Positions 47,481 to 61,591 of a stretch of DNA of 64,000 nt are shown piece after piece (the stretch's first letter is position 1; the number at the start of each line of letters is the position of its first letter). Under the pieces are notes generated by a model, which saw only the letters and a program-made list of their open reading frames with translations, was not told the origin of the DNA and searched no databases. This DNA is from Takakia lepidozioides (taxonomy: Eukaryota > Plantae > Bryophyta): positions 58,280,001 to 58,344,000 of the forward strand of contig CM060732.1 in the NCBI GenBank assembly GCA_030704615.1, read 5' to 3'. The translations under genes were made by a program, and so were the position numbers.

Positions 47481-47859
47481 ATCACGATCAAACTCATAAG
47501 TACCTACCATTTAATTCATTCAACTTTGGCTGGTGATTGACCTTTGACAGTGGCTTTGCTTGTGATGCCTTGTTGTCTCCCATGGAAATAGAGGCGAAGA
47601 AAGGTCATAGTCTGGAATTCCTCTTTTCATACAGTCTTCAAACTATTGCGCTCCATTCTTGACTGGTGGTTGCACTAGAGCTGGTAGCCCAGTGGTTGGG
47701 AGTTTGTGCCCTTGCCTGTGCATAACCTAGGTGATCTCGGTTGAAGGTGTCCACCCTCCAATGGAAGGCAGTAGTCCCTCGGGATGAAGAGCATAATTTA
47801 CGCTTCCTTTGAGAGGTGTCATCCTCTTTTTTGACTGATGGAAATCTTTGTTGCTATGA

Positions 47860-48312
47860 GACCTTCCATTGGAGTCCCATGTGTTTGATACCTCACATGC
47901 GCCCACACTAGTTCTGGCTGATCAAAGCGCACTAGTGGAAGATGTTCAAGGCTATAGTCGACAAGTAGGGCAATCTATGGAGTATCGACTGCGTGCAAGG
48001 GGGGTGGATGTAGTAACCATGAAAGAGCTCAGTCTTGACCATGTTTTAGATGCATGCTACCAGCGAGGTGCTTGCTATGTGCTGTTAGACTCAAGGGGGC
48101 CTGATCTTTCAGGACTTGAAAGCTTTATGGCCCAACAAGCTCTGAAGGAAGAAATCACACATAAATTGGTTGTTAATATCTCACCTACCATTCTCGGGGA
48201 ACGTAGAACGAAACCTGGATTTGGTGTGGAAAACGATTTAATCAAGTTGGAGAGCGTATCAACATGTGTGTCAGGAAGGGAAGTAGTAGTTGAGGCCTAC
48301 TTTCCTAAGTAG
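47860..48312 (+). pseudogene. PYRD: PyrD C-terminal exon (vestigial reductase domain), detached
   Basis: GVDVVTMKELSLDHVLDACYQRGACYVLLDSRG...HKLVVNISP...VVVEAYF resembles the C-terminus of plant PyrD. Confidence 0.78.
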
Positions 48313-50221
48313 ATCTTACAATGACAACATTTGTCAGTCTGACTCAATTTCACTAGATTGAAAGGAAAACAAGCCACGTTTCATACATTTTCTTTGTCAT
48401 GAAGTCTGAAAAAATCATGGTGCTGAGTAGGAACTTGTGAACCTCCAAGGTCCTTTTTATTGCTCGAAAAAAATTGGTCTTTCTTATTGGCTTGCCAGTG
48501 AAACATGGACTGGGCTTTACCAGGCATGCAAGGTGGACTGCAAACTTCAATTCCATGTAGACAGTAGTTGAAATCATGGATTCTGATAAAACCCCTATAT
48601 CCTAGCTGATAGACCCTCCTAGCCGATAGATCCTATTGGCGCTAGAGTACCCTATGATTGATGTCCGGGTCCTATATCAGTGCCAGAGTGGTTAGTATGC
48701 TTGTGCTTTGAAACCTTGTCCTCTAGGACGGATCTGCCCCCACATTAACTCCCTGTCTCATTGAGCTATCCCACCCTCCAGAACAGAAAATCACAGGTAA
48801 TGACAACCCAAACTTTACTGGCAACTACCTTCCAGGCTCTAGAACATACTATGAATTGGTAACAGGAATACAAAAACATGTCTGAAGGAGAGAGGGAGAG
48901 ATTAATCCACCTCTAGCACAGCCTCTAGCCTTGTAGCTTGCGAGAGGTGCAACAACTGTGTATGGGGTTGTGGGATTGTGCAGTGAGAACACAGACACCC
49001 AACTTAGTGCCTCGCTTGTTGCACCGTGGACTGAGGTTCCAAAAATATTCCTTCCAAACGTCCTCCCCTCCATATATTGGCTTTCCAGATCCTTGCCTAT
49101 TCCAGCAACTCTCTTGCTGAATTTTGATCACTGCTGGACGTAACTACTCATATTTCTCCACCTCCAGGTAGTCTCCTTTCTAATCACCCTGTCCATAAAC
49201 CTCGTCCTCCTCTATTGCTCTTCAATCGTCAACAATTGGCTTGAAACTGCTGTTCGAAACAAATCTGAATGTAACACAGTTTGTAAAATCCCCTGTTGAA
49301 TCTTTCATTACAGGATTAGAGAGGGCACACAGAAATCCCTAGGTCAGAGTTACGTTACCCAGGGCTGCCATGCATGCTCCCACAATTTCCTCTCTGTCGT
49401 CGGGGTTTCAGAGACGTAGGACATTCGTGGGCTTGAACATAACTCGTCGACGAACGTCTAATGTACGTCCAACATTTTCTGCGCGCGCACCAGGAGAATC
49501 TCTCTGCTTGGCATAACAGATTGCTTACGAAGTACTTTATTAAACCACTCTCCAGCTATTCTTAACCTACTCTCCGCCCTAGAAAGTGAGAGGCACGTAT
49601 CTGTTCATGGAAATCTCCAACCCACTTTGAAATCTGTTTTCCTTTCATTGCAGAGAAGACCTCCTCATTGTGCTGAATTGCTCGCTTGGAAGTGTTGAAA
49701 TGCTTGATGTTTTAGGTGAGCCTGCAGCGCTGTGTTGTTTTGTTAATCTTCCTCACCAAACTGTGCCAAATTTGGGCACTTGTTGGGAGGGAAATGAGAG
49801 AATCGCCTCCTTTTTTTCAAGTTTTCCAGTACAGCGTGCTAGAACAAGTTTAAACTACACAATAGTGAGCACTTCTCTAGTAAGATTCTTCTAGGGGGCT
49901 GAAAGTTGAATGATGCCTGGGGATGGGCATTGCAGGGTATCGAAAAAGAGTATATAAGAAGGAAACATAAGAAACTTATTGCTGTATGTAAAGAGTTGAG
50001 ATGACGGAAACAGAAACAGTAAGTTTTGAAGTTGCGATTGTGCCGTGGCAATGGAACAGATCAGGGTTCAGGAGACATCGTGTAGGGCCTGCACACAATG
50101 TCATTGAAGATATCTAAGCCTATTCCAGCCGCGACCAAGCGCACCGGACCCCCTCGATGGGAGACTTTGTATGATAGTGAGGTACACAACAAGTTCCAAG
50201 AGATATACTGACATCGCATTT

Positions 50222-53200
50222 TGTAGTGTGAGAAAGAAGGGGCGTGAATCCCCTTCTGGGTGATTCTAATCTGTACTCCTCCCCAGTTGAAGTCAAAGCA
50301 AAAGGAAGGAACGTTCTAGTGATCCAACCATCTTCACATGGCTGTGGGTTTCCCTCAGTTCGTTCGTGATCAGAGTTCATGCAATCCTCATCCACGCCGC
50401 AGCGGAAGAGAAGACATGGATGGGGAGTTTTGAATTGTTCTTGCTCTTGGTTCTACTTTTATACAACAGCCTTGCCCTATGATCATAGCGCCAGCAGTGC
50501 TGCCATGATCTTTTCTGTGATGCAACCAGCCCTATGACAGCGCTAAACACGACCCTTAATGTGAAGCTCCCTTGAGCAGTGACACGTCGGAAGCCCCCTT
50601 TGTAATGGTGACACAGATTTAGAGGGAGGCAGCTCAGATCTGCCATGAACTGCAGGGCCACTGGTCTCTTTCAGGGTTCATGTTTCTTCATCTCATCTCC
50701 CCAAATTGGCCATCCCCCATCAACCCCTTTTACTGAGCAGCTCTCTCCCTTCCCAAATCCTTTTCTCTCTCTCTCTTTTTCCCTTTTTCTCTCTGTTTCT
50801 TTTCTCTCTCTCTCTCTCTCTCTATCTTGGTCTACAGGTTCCTCACTTCTTCAATAGCAGCATATCTATCATGCAATGCAATGCACACTCAGCCAGGCAT
50901 CCAGTGCACCCAGCCTTGAAATCATCCTCGGTCACACAAGACATAACCATCCCATTCATCAGTCTCTCTCTCTCTCTTTCTCTCATGCCAATGTCCAACC
51001 CTTCACACTACCTTTTTCCAAAAGAAACCATTGCCCAACCAGCTCTCAACCTTTCTACAGGTTTCAACCAAATACCCCAACAGCCCTCCTTCCCTTCAAC
51101 TATGAACCTCAGTTGTTCATACCCTGAGACCATACTGGAAATCAGTTCCAAAACCAAATCAGTGTCGGTGTTGCTTCCCCATCCACATTATCCTTTCTCT
51201 GTTTTCAACAGTTCTAACTAACCCTCATTGGTGTTTTCAATCAGCCAAGCTAGGTCTACATTGGTTCTAGTGTATCAATACCCAGGGCAGCATTGTGTGC
51301 AGGTTCATAACACTGAAACAAAGAACAAGAATGAAGACAAACAGTGACCATTCTGATTCAGTGACAAGCCGTCTCTCCCTCCACTCATTTCTCCTACTGA
51401 CACTATAACATCAAGTGCATCCATCCTTTCCCTATCCTGGTTTGAAGTCCAGAGTCTCTATTCCATTTCCAAAACCTTTTTCCTCCATCACATATCTCTA
51501 CCTCCTTCTCTTCTACAAAGAGCCAGTCCTAAATCCACACCAAAACGATTTCTAAGTGCCCCAAAAACGGAAGCCCACAGTCTACGAACTTATCTGTTTT
51601 ATCCTCCAGTGAAGCGGTGGGTCTGCCTGCCAAGATGGCACCTCACCATCTCCTGTCAGCAGTCACTTCAACGCCTCTCCTTGTCTTGGTTCCAGTAGTT
51701 ATCATGCCATGATGGCTCCTCTTCATTCTATGGCAACATCCTGTGGCTTGCCAACTAAACACTCTATCGTTCTATGCGTGCAATTCTTCCCTAAGAATTG
51801 ACATGGTCCTATAGCAAGAAGACACAAAAGCAGCTATAAGCTTTGATTACAGATAACCTGAGTTGCCATCCAGCCAGCATTTCACATGCCTCATCCCCTC
51901 CATTGATTGTGCCCACAACTGACTTCCTTGTGCTTCCAGCAGCTGGCCATTTCCCTTGCTTGCTCATCTGCCCATAACTGTTTTCTTCAAGGCAATGGCG
52001 GCAGCGGTGGTGCGCCGCTCTTCTTACATGCTCCTACTCCAGGAATTGATCATCACTACGAGAAAAGCGGCACCGCTTCCCTTTACACAGAATACCAAGC
52101 AGAAGCACTTAATGCCGCTCTCTAAACCAAGCAGAGTCCCATAGCGTAGGTACAACCTCCCAAAAACAGATTGCCCTGCCAACCCCACTGCTCGCAGCAG
52201 CTGCTAAGAGTTGCCCGTCATCTTCCTCTTCGTTTTCCTCAACCCGCGTTTCTAGGTTAAACACCTGGGATGAAAACGTTCATCCTATGGATGAAAATAC
52301 GCATGGTCATGACTTAGCCATTTTTATCCTGGCAAAGCATAAGCACAGTATGCCCATGAAATTACCTGTATGCAGGGATATATCCCTCCTGCAGTTGTAC
52401 CCAGGCACTCCCGTTGTAGTGATGTAGGGTCTTAACGGTAAAACAAAAATGTAATGTCACTCCCCTGCATTCACACTACATATGTAGTGTGTCCCCCTTT
52501 TTAAGTGTCAGGGTCCTCACTGACCACCTTCACTGGCTGAACACCTACTGCTGGTATGAAAGGTTTCAAATCACGCCTACTTCTTACCCATTCCTTGCCT
52601 GGTCCATCTTTCAGCCTGCACCATCGGCCCACTTCCCTTCCAGGATCATAAGGTACTCCCAACAGGTACATTGTGTTAATTCCCCTTCTATTTCTGCTCC
52701 AGATATCTTGGAGAGGTCCGTTTATAATATTGTTTTTGATTGTCATGCCTTGGCCTTCAGCAAAGGAAAGCCCCTCTCTGCTCATAATCTTCATGGCCAC
52801 TTCTGTCTGGCTGGTGCAAGCAGTGTTGTTCTCAAACTGACACCACCACCTGGTTTCCATGCAGCTTATCATGCCAATTTCATGGCCTTCTTCCTTGGCC
52901 ACAGTTTTCGTGCTCCATCCCTGAGCTTGCATCGTCGTCCAGCCTCTCATGTTTAAGTGACAGCGCCCCGGCTGTCCATCTTTTCCGCCGGCCAGAGCAA
53001 ATCCAATTTGTGACAATGCCTTCTTCCTCTTCTTGTAGTTCATGCCAGGCAGGTCCTCATCTCCTTCCAACTCTTTGATCTCGGATATGCCCACATCTGG
53101 TCCGACCAATGCAAAGGAACAAACCCTTCTTTTGATGTCAATTTGCGTTGAATCGGGCAACTGGGCAGATATGGTCTCTTGAGTTGGATACTTGAAGGCC

Positions 53201-56200
53201 TCGGGGAATTGAATCTGGGTTGAATCTGGTCCTAGATCTACATTCCACACAAACCGGCGTTTCCCAATTTTGTTGTTGCTCCCTGGCTCCTTGTTTTGAA
53301 TCTCAGCTGCCAATTGTGCTCCCTTCGACACTCACACCTTTCGTACTGCCTCATTTCCTGCATGCAGGATTTTCTCAACAGCAGGCTGCAATTTCATTTG
53401 CATTGTTGGTGACAAGTCATGGGCAACCATCTGGTCACCATGCCTTCCTTCTCCCCTTTCAACCAACTTGCCCTCTTTAAGAGATTCAGGGCTGGTGTAT
53501 GCCTTGCAAATAGAAGTGATCGTGACATGGGCAGGCTTCATAGCCTCCCACATCAACTGCCCATCCATCTCCTGAGCCTGAATTTCACAACCATGTTGGG
53601 CATATCCTGAAATCATTGCACTCCATGAGAGCAGATTGGGTGGCATACCTTCCTGCTCCTTTTGTTCAAACAGTTGCAAGGCCTGTCCTTCAGAGCCATG
53701 CTGGGCATAACCTGCAATCATTACTCTCCATGACCCCACTTTTCTATGAGACATATTGTCAAACACTTGTTGTGCACCCTTCATGCTCCCACGTTTGGTA
53801 TACCTGTCAACAATGGCAGTCTCCATAATGATAGCTGGTGCAATACCAGATTTGATAATGTCAGCATGGACCTCTGTGCCTTTTACCAGGTCTGCCAAGT
53901 TCGCACATGCATTCAATACACACATGAACGTCTCCTAGTTGGGCTTCTCCCCTTCATTTCCAGCATCTGTAGAAAGCTCATTGCCTCTCTGAATTGCCTC
54001 TGCTGGCATAGCCCTAACCCCTTCAGTTTCAATGTCAAGGCACTCTTCAAGGCCATTAGCACCCGTGTGATGCCAATGATCTAGGTATGTTTGGGGATGA
54101 TGGCACTCAGCCCGCATCGTTGCTTTATCTCCGCTCTTGACTTTAGTGACAAAGTGTAATGACCTTCTTGGCCTTCCCCTTGCCATGAATGCTTTGTCCA
54201 ACAATGCTACAGTGACCTGCATTTCTGGTTTCTGAGGTCTCGTCCTTGAACCTCCCTCCTCCAAGCCCAGGCTCCAACTATGAGTACTTCCAGCCTGCAC
54301 ATCACTCTGAACAACAAGGTCTCCTGCAACAATACTCACCTTCATCTCTCCTTCATACAGCACCACCGAGTCACCCTCTTCACAACCTTCCCCACTTCTT
54401 TCCTCCATTAAACTGTCACTTGGTGGAGCGGCTGTTCCAGAGCTGCTCTGCTCTTGCTTTTTCAGCTCCATAGGCTGCAGATTACTCTCTACAAAGACAT
54501 GACTTGTCCTGAGCTGCCTCCCACACAAGATATGCAGCTCCTTCTCTTCAATCCTTGAGCTTGCATTGAGCATTCTCAGATCTCCTAGCTTCCCCAGGTC
54601 CCATGCCCTTTGCTGGTCACAGTTCATTGGCTGACCTCTGAACATTATCAGGTCAACCATGGTCTTCTTAGCAGAAAGGCCAACCTTCTCTTTCTCTTCC
54701 CTATGCATCCTCTAAGAGAGTCAAACTTTGATGCTAGTTTCCCCATATTCCAGATCAAGAATGAACACAACAAGAGTGTTGAACCGTGAGAAGATTTCAA
54801 ACCTTTCTCGTGAACGGTACTCAAATCTCCCATCTTTTGCTCTGTGGGTGGGAATTCAAGTATCCTTGCATCAACATCTACAGTTTCAAGAGTTGGAGAG
54901 ACACTCTGGCTTTTGGCACGAACTGGTGATTTCAGCGGACTCACATCTGATCCCAAGTTGTCATGCAAGTTGATGTCTCTTGTGCTCTCAACCATCATCC
55001 TTCTGAACATACTATCCTCCTTTTCCCTTTCCTCCTTCCCTTTTTTAAAAAAAATAATAATTCTGTAGACATCTTGTGAACCAAAGTATGTTGTGGTTGA
55101 TGAATGACTTCGTTGTGCCTTGCCTCCATTTTTGACACCATTTGTTCTTTGTTTTCGGCAGATCTGTTCCTCGCCGAATCACCTCATTGTTATGCATCTC
55201 CTTTTTGTGAATCTCCTCTTCAGGATGCAAGCCTTCGCATGTCCACACTCTTGGCTTCCCCACTTGGTTCTCTGCCCCTTCGTATGCCCTAATGACTTCT
55301 CCACTCTTTTCATCATCACATACAAGCTTAGGTGTCATCATGTCTCGATCCTTCAGGCTATCCCCTCTCCTTATCACCATCTTCGGGGCCTCTCCATCGT
55401 ATGAATGCTTCCACACCTGATACTCCATGTTCCCTTCATCTCCCCCAGCATTTGTCAATGCTTTAACATCCAAAGAAGTTTCAATTTCCTCTTCCTTGTC
55501 CTGAACTAGTGTCTCTGGTACCCCCATGAACATGTCATTGACTGATGATGTGCGTATCTCCAAGAGCAGGTGGAGCCATTGCAGCTCGGTCTGAAGATGC
55601 TTGTTATCACTACGGAGCTCATCCCAGTACTCTTCTTTGGCCTTGCTCAGTTCTTGATTGGATTTCTCGAGTGCCAATCGTAACTGTTGAATTTCCATGA
55701 CCAAGTCCTCTACCTGGTTTTTAGTCTCTCTCTGTAGTGCTAGGGCAGCCGCAACGCTATCTCGTGCATCCTTTACCTTTGATTTCTCCTCCTGTGCAGC
55801 CGCAAATTTGGTGTGCAGCCCTCTTAATTCTCTTCCTGTATCCAGCGATGCTTCTCCGTTCTCCAACTGTATATGAGTTGAGCTACTTTGTGGCCCACTG
55901 TTGCCCCCGTCATCATGTTGTAACTTACCGTTGTGAGAACCTCTTGATATCTGAGCCATGTTGTACTCTTCATTCCCCAACACGCTCAGTCCTCCCTTAG
56001 AGACACCAATCCTTGGTGATATGGCAACATCATGCGCAAACTCTCCAAGCAGGTCCTGATCTAGGTGTACATCCTTCTCTAGATCCATTCTAGTTTGAGC
56101 AAGCATCGTACATTCTTCCTCAACCCATTCCATCAGGTCTGTCCAAGACTCGTTGTCATCTTCCTCTACCATGACACTCACTTCACCGGTTGCACCACTA

Positions 56201-58279
56201 TTGCTTGGGGAGTTGGTGGTATCATGCCCAAACTCCCCAGGTATGTCTTGCCCTACATGTGCCTTGTATAAGACCTTGGGAACTGCACAGGAACTTGCAA
56301 TCTAGGTGTACACTCTTCAGTGACACCTGATTGATCCTCTGTTGAACAAAAGATGTCTTCCATGATCTCTCCTTCCTCATCACAAAACACATTCACAACG
56401 TTTGTGCCAAGAGAGCTTACACATTTGCACTCCATCCTTCTGCTGCTCTTCGATTCCCATTGTTCAAACATTCCACAGCATGAATCTTGCATTCCACATG
56501 TTCCCACTTGCAGCCCCAGCCGGTCACTTCGGATCTGATTCTGTCTTGATGGACATGCAGTGCAACACTCTACTTGCTGCCTTGTGCTGTTCAAGCTGAG
56601 AACTCGAGGAAGCATTGCATGGACTTCGCTGATTTGGTTCTTCTCCCTAAAGCACCTCCGTGACATGGTTTTGTGATCTGGTATAGGTTCATGATCAATA
56701 GAACTCACAGGTGTGAACCTGTTGTGAGTATCCTTCTCAATCAGAGACAATTTCTCTTCCATTCCTGTAGCCGACTCTTCCACATTTGTATCTATCCCAT
56801 AAAACTTCCTTGCTAACATCACTTTACTCTTACTTAACAGCTCTCAACCTTTCTACAGGTTTCAACCAAATACCCCAACAGCCCTCCTTTCCCTTCAACT
56901 ATGAACCTCAGTTGTTCATACCCTGAGACCATACTGGAAATCAGTTCCAAAACCAAATCAATGTCGGTGTTGCTTCCCCATCCACATTATCCTTTCTCTG
57001 TTTTCAACAGTTCTAACTAACCCTCATTGGTGTTTTCAATCAGCCAAGCTAGGTCTACATTGGTTCTAGTGTATCAATACCCAGGGCAGCATTGTGTGCA
57101 GGTTCATAACACTGAAACAAAGAACAAGAATGAAGACAAACAGTGACCATTCTGATTCAGTGACAAGCCGTCTCTCCCTCCACTCATTTCTCCTACTGAC
57201 ACTATAACATCAAGTGCATCCATCCTTTCCCTATCCTGGTTTGAAGTCCAGAGTCTCTATTCCATTTCCAAAACCTTTTTCCTCCATCACATATCTCTAC
57301 CTCCTTCTCTTCTACAAAGAGCCAGTCCTAAATCCACACCAAAACGATTTATAAGTGCCCCAAAAACGGAAGCCCACAGTCTACGAACTTATTTGTTTTA
57401 TCCTCCAGTGAAGCGGTGGGTCTGCCTGCCAAGATGGCACCTCACCATCTCCTGTCAGCAGTCACTTCAACGCCTCTCCTTGTCTTGATTCCAATATTTA
57501 TCATGCCATGATGGCTCCTCTTCATTCTATGACAACATCCTGTGGCTTGCCAACTAAACACTCTATCCTTCTATGCGTGCAATTCTTCCCTAAGAATTGA
57601 CATGGTCCTATAGCAAGAAGACACAAAAGCAGCTCTAAGCTTTGATTACAGATAACCTGAGTTGCCATCCAGCCAGCATTTCACATGCCTCATCCCCTCC
57701 ATTGATTGTGCCCACAACTGACTTCCTTGTGCTTCCAGCAGCTGGCCATTTCCCTTGCTTGCTCATCTGCCCATAACTGTTTTCTTCAAGGCAATGGCGG
57801 CAGCGGTGGTGCGCCGCTCTTCTTACATGCTCCTACTCCAGGAATTGATCATCACTACGAGAAAAGCGGCACCGCTTCCCTTTACACAGAATACCAAGCA
57901 GAAGCACTTAATGCCGCTCTCTAAACCAAGCAGAGTCCCATAGCGTAGGTACAACCTCCCAAAAACAGATTGCCCTGCCAACCCCACTGCTCGCAGCAGC
58001 TGCTAAGAGTTGCCCGTCATCTTCCTCTTCGTTTTCCTCAACCCGCGTTTCTAGGTTAAACACCTGGGATGAAAACGTTCATCCTATGGATGAAAATACG
58101 CATGGTCATGACTTAGCCATTTTTATCCTGGCAAAGCATAAGCACAGTATGCCCATGAAATTACCTGTATGCAGGGATATATCCCTCCTGCAGTTGTACC
58201 CAGGCACTCCCGTTGTAGTGATGCAGGGTCTTAACGGTAAAACAAAAATGTAATGTCACTCCCCTGCATTCACACTACA
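50222..58279 (-). mobile_element. Non-autonomous LTR retroelement with a chimeric PPR-containing internal ORF
   Basis: Left repeat 50222-52480 (TGTAGTGTGA...TCACACTACA); its last ~1441 bp (51040-52480) recur at 56838-58279 with about ten differences. PPT-like AAAAAGGGGGA on minus at 52492-52502. Flanks ATTT/ATGT. Confidence 0.78.
52501..56822 (-). pseudogene. Decayed long ORF: coiled-coil region, PLS PPR repeats, integrase-tail-like end
   Basis: ORFs 55045-56181, 53935-54708, 53332-53925 and 52501-53331 share one frame. PPR motifs at 53440-53945; ends ...RLKDGPGKEWVRSRRDLKPF. Confidence 0.65.
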
Positions 58280-59268
58280 ATGTCTCAAAATTCAGGATGT
58301 GGAGAAGTTCGGGGTCGAATCGTCGGAATCCTCAGTCCATTTTCATTCGCTTTGTCAGTTCTCGCGCTTCTGAGAAGCGTTTTATGCTATGAGCTTGCCC
58401 AACTAGATTCAGCTCGGAAGTAGCTGAGTGTAGTGCTTTGCTCCCCCCGAACGCTTTACCCTCAGGGTCACTGTATGTTACGCAGGCTGTCTTGCTATAC
58501 AACTAACATAGCTTTCCACAATCAACACCTTATCCCCGTACAAAAGCCCGCATTACTCCCATGAGTAGCTTCACAAGAAAAATGGAACCCAAATTTTCAT
58601 CTGCTTATCTTGTTTCTTCATTCAGGAAGAAATCAAACTAACTTATTTTAAGAACGTGAGCATAATTTGGATGTCGTGTACATATGCCAGACCTGTAAGT
58701 CAATCTTGACAGCAGCAGCACTGAAGATTAAACCATTGCATACTTGAAGTGACCTCACTACAGTGTTGGACTCATTGGGTAGGCTATAGTGCGTGCAGAG
58801 CAGACAAGGCCATGCAACACTGCCAGCCCCTCATCCCCCACATTCCCCGACTGCGTGTTCTCATCCTGCACTCTATCCCCTCTTTTTCTCATATGTAGAT
58901 TGTTGAGAGAAACCTCAATTTAGTCCACTCTGTCCATGGCTACAAGGCAAGGTTTCTCTCTGTATTGTGCTCGTGGGGGTTAGTTGATGTTCTAAAGTGT
59001 CCCTCTTGTTGCCAATCCAGTACACTACACCAGACCCCAAAGACTACTCAGGACCGAAGGAAGGCGGTGGGTGGTTTTGACATCCAAACAAAGCACCGCG
59101 AAATGTTTTCCCGTTCAAAACGGACATTACACTTTACAAGTATGTTTCTTTCGTCTTGTATAGGTCTGGCGTCCACAGCACTGGGGGTAGTTTGTCTAGC
59201 ACTCTCCCTTAGAAAAGAGTTTTCATTTTGGTTGAATGCTGGCATGTGTAGACCTGTACTTCTATCAG

Positions 59269-61591
59269 AATATGTAACTCCTGAAGGCTGAATCAATGAC
59301 TGCAATCCGCAGTGTAGAGTACTCGAGAATCAAAATTCCAGAAGGGTGGGATATGGAGGTATTGCCAATTGACACAAATGATCCTTACATTAAGTACCGG
59401 AAGGGCTTCCCAACAAGGGTGACCTACGACACAAGCTACTCTGACATGAGCTTCTTGAGAAACCAGGTGCCCTTGCCTCACCCCGTACTTTGACACCGAA
59501 TCCCCAATTCACGAGCAATTCACACACGAAATGCAACTAAGCTGCAATGTGCTATCGCCCTTCAGCTCCACTGACCTTTTGACACAATCTATCCTAACAA
59601 CAACGCTACTATAATTAGTCTGTTCAGAGCACTTACGAGTTACTTGAAGCTCCCTCGTGCTACTAGAAGGAAATGTCAGCTCGATATCTGTTGAAGCAGC
59701 TAATCGTGCAGAATTGTGTCATTGTATTCCAGTTTCTTGCAAAATTTTCCAAGTCTTTTAGGAAACTCTGGCATCCATTTGTTGGCTCACAAAGCTAGCA
59801 TGGTCCAGCTGCAGCTACATCGGCGTAGCTGTCTGGAGTTCCTATTATGTACCAAAGGTGTGGAGTGATAAGTCCCACGATAATGCATATCTGTTGCTTA
59901 CTTTTGTCCGTTGTGAAGCTTCTTGTTGACTGACTGTTTCTTCTTTGGCCTCTCTCCCTCCCCACCAAAGATACATGAAGGAGCCGAGAAAGAAGTCGTC
60001 GCTGCTGAGGAGTATGCGAAGGTCAGCTCATCCTTTTGATTGAAAGTAACGTGAGATTAGTCATTTCTTTTCAATTCCTTGTATTGGTGTATATAGCACT
60101 CCCTCCAGACTTCAGGCGCTTAACACAGGTGGGCTCTACGGCCATAATGACGCTGCAAATAAGGACTCATAATCACGTACCATCACATCTCTGCAATTGA
60201 TCTTGTATTCTCATCTATGATATGCAGAGAAGGGAGAAGGAAGAACAAGAAAGAGAAAAGGAAGAATAACGTTGGAAAAGACTAGAGAAGGAGTTTCAGG
60301 AGCAGCATCATTTGGAATGTGGTCACCCCGGGCACGTGAAGCCTGTATCAGATAAGGAAAACCTTGACAAGTACCCCAAAACGGTTGGCCTAAGAAGCCC
60401 CTTATGACCCGTTTCTAGGAAATGAAATCGTTCGTTCTGTTCTGTGTTTCAGCTGCGTATATGTATTCAAGGTCTTTGCCAGTGAATTCTGAGAGTTGAA
60501 AGAGATTACTATGTCGTTCTTTTAAATTCCAGAACACTATCTACCCCAAAGAACCAGGGAGATGCTTTTGCAACGAGCTAGTTGTGTAATGTGATCACTT
60601 GCTGGTGAGGGTCGGGATACCCAGGGCAGTAGAAAGAAAGCTCTTGTTGTCGTGATATACTGAATGCATTTAATAGGCATGAGAGAGGGGCAAACAAAGT
60701 TTGAATACCAAACAAAGGATTTCATCTATAGGCCAAAATGGGTACGTAAGCCTATAACATCTTTGCTCTGATTGAAGCAGATGATGAGCCCGGAGAATGT
60801 GGAACACGATCACCCCTTCCCTCCAGTTCCCAAAGAAGTTTATACCAAGCCCGAAAGAGTTACAAAGGACGACATGCGGAATGAAGTCCAATATGTCAGT
60901 GTCATCCTTCCCATCTCACACACCTTCACCAATCTGTCCCTTCTTCATTTCTCAGTCTCTTAGTCCCGAGATGTAACGTTCATTGCCTCAGATGATTGAA
61001 CATGTGCACTTTAGATTAGCTTTCAGAGAAAACACAACAAACTGAAGAATACCACGAGGTAAACAGCGCCAAAAAACAACAATATGTCTATAAATTGTTC
61101 TCCCAATGGGAATTGAGCCCTTTGTTCACATTCTGTGATTGGTTTCACTCTGATATCATAGAATAATATGAGAGTGGTTTGCAGGCTTACAGAGGCACAA
61201 AAGGGGTTTTCTCCTTAGGCAGCGGTGGAGTGCCATCAGTTCAAGGACAAGTGATTTCCTCTTCCATTTTGAAACTTTCCAGCTCTACACTAGCCTTGTC
61301 TGAGTCATGGAAGAGCTGAAACAACCGAACAATTCAGGCAAGCCCCTCTTTTTTTTTTCGTGCAAATAGTACCTAGTAGTGTTGTAGAGCATAATACCTA
61401 TCACGGTCACAATCACTATCACCGTCACTGTCATTGTCACATTCAAGCTTCCAGCAATGCATTTCTGACAATTGATTCAACCATTGTTGCAGGCCGCAGC
61501 AAACGCTTACTACGGGAATGTTCAACCTTTTGGAGCAACACTGGCCGCCATGGACGCCTCGAAGGCCATCGGATCTCGACATATGTGCTAA
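59269..61591 (+). pseudogene. Multi-exon gene of unknown function with premature stops; possible upstream exon at ~50050-50181
   Basis: AG/GT-bounded protein-like segments at ~59269-59466, 59971-60021, 60228-60344, 60781-60894, 60995-61058 and 61493-61591; in-frame stops in some. Confidence 0.4.

Noticed and set aside
52472-58279. CACTACA at 52474 and 58273 as CACTA transposon ends
   Set aside because: They are the CA-ending termini of the direct repeats and lack CACTA subterminal repeats.
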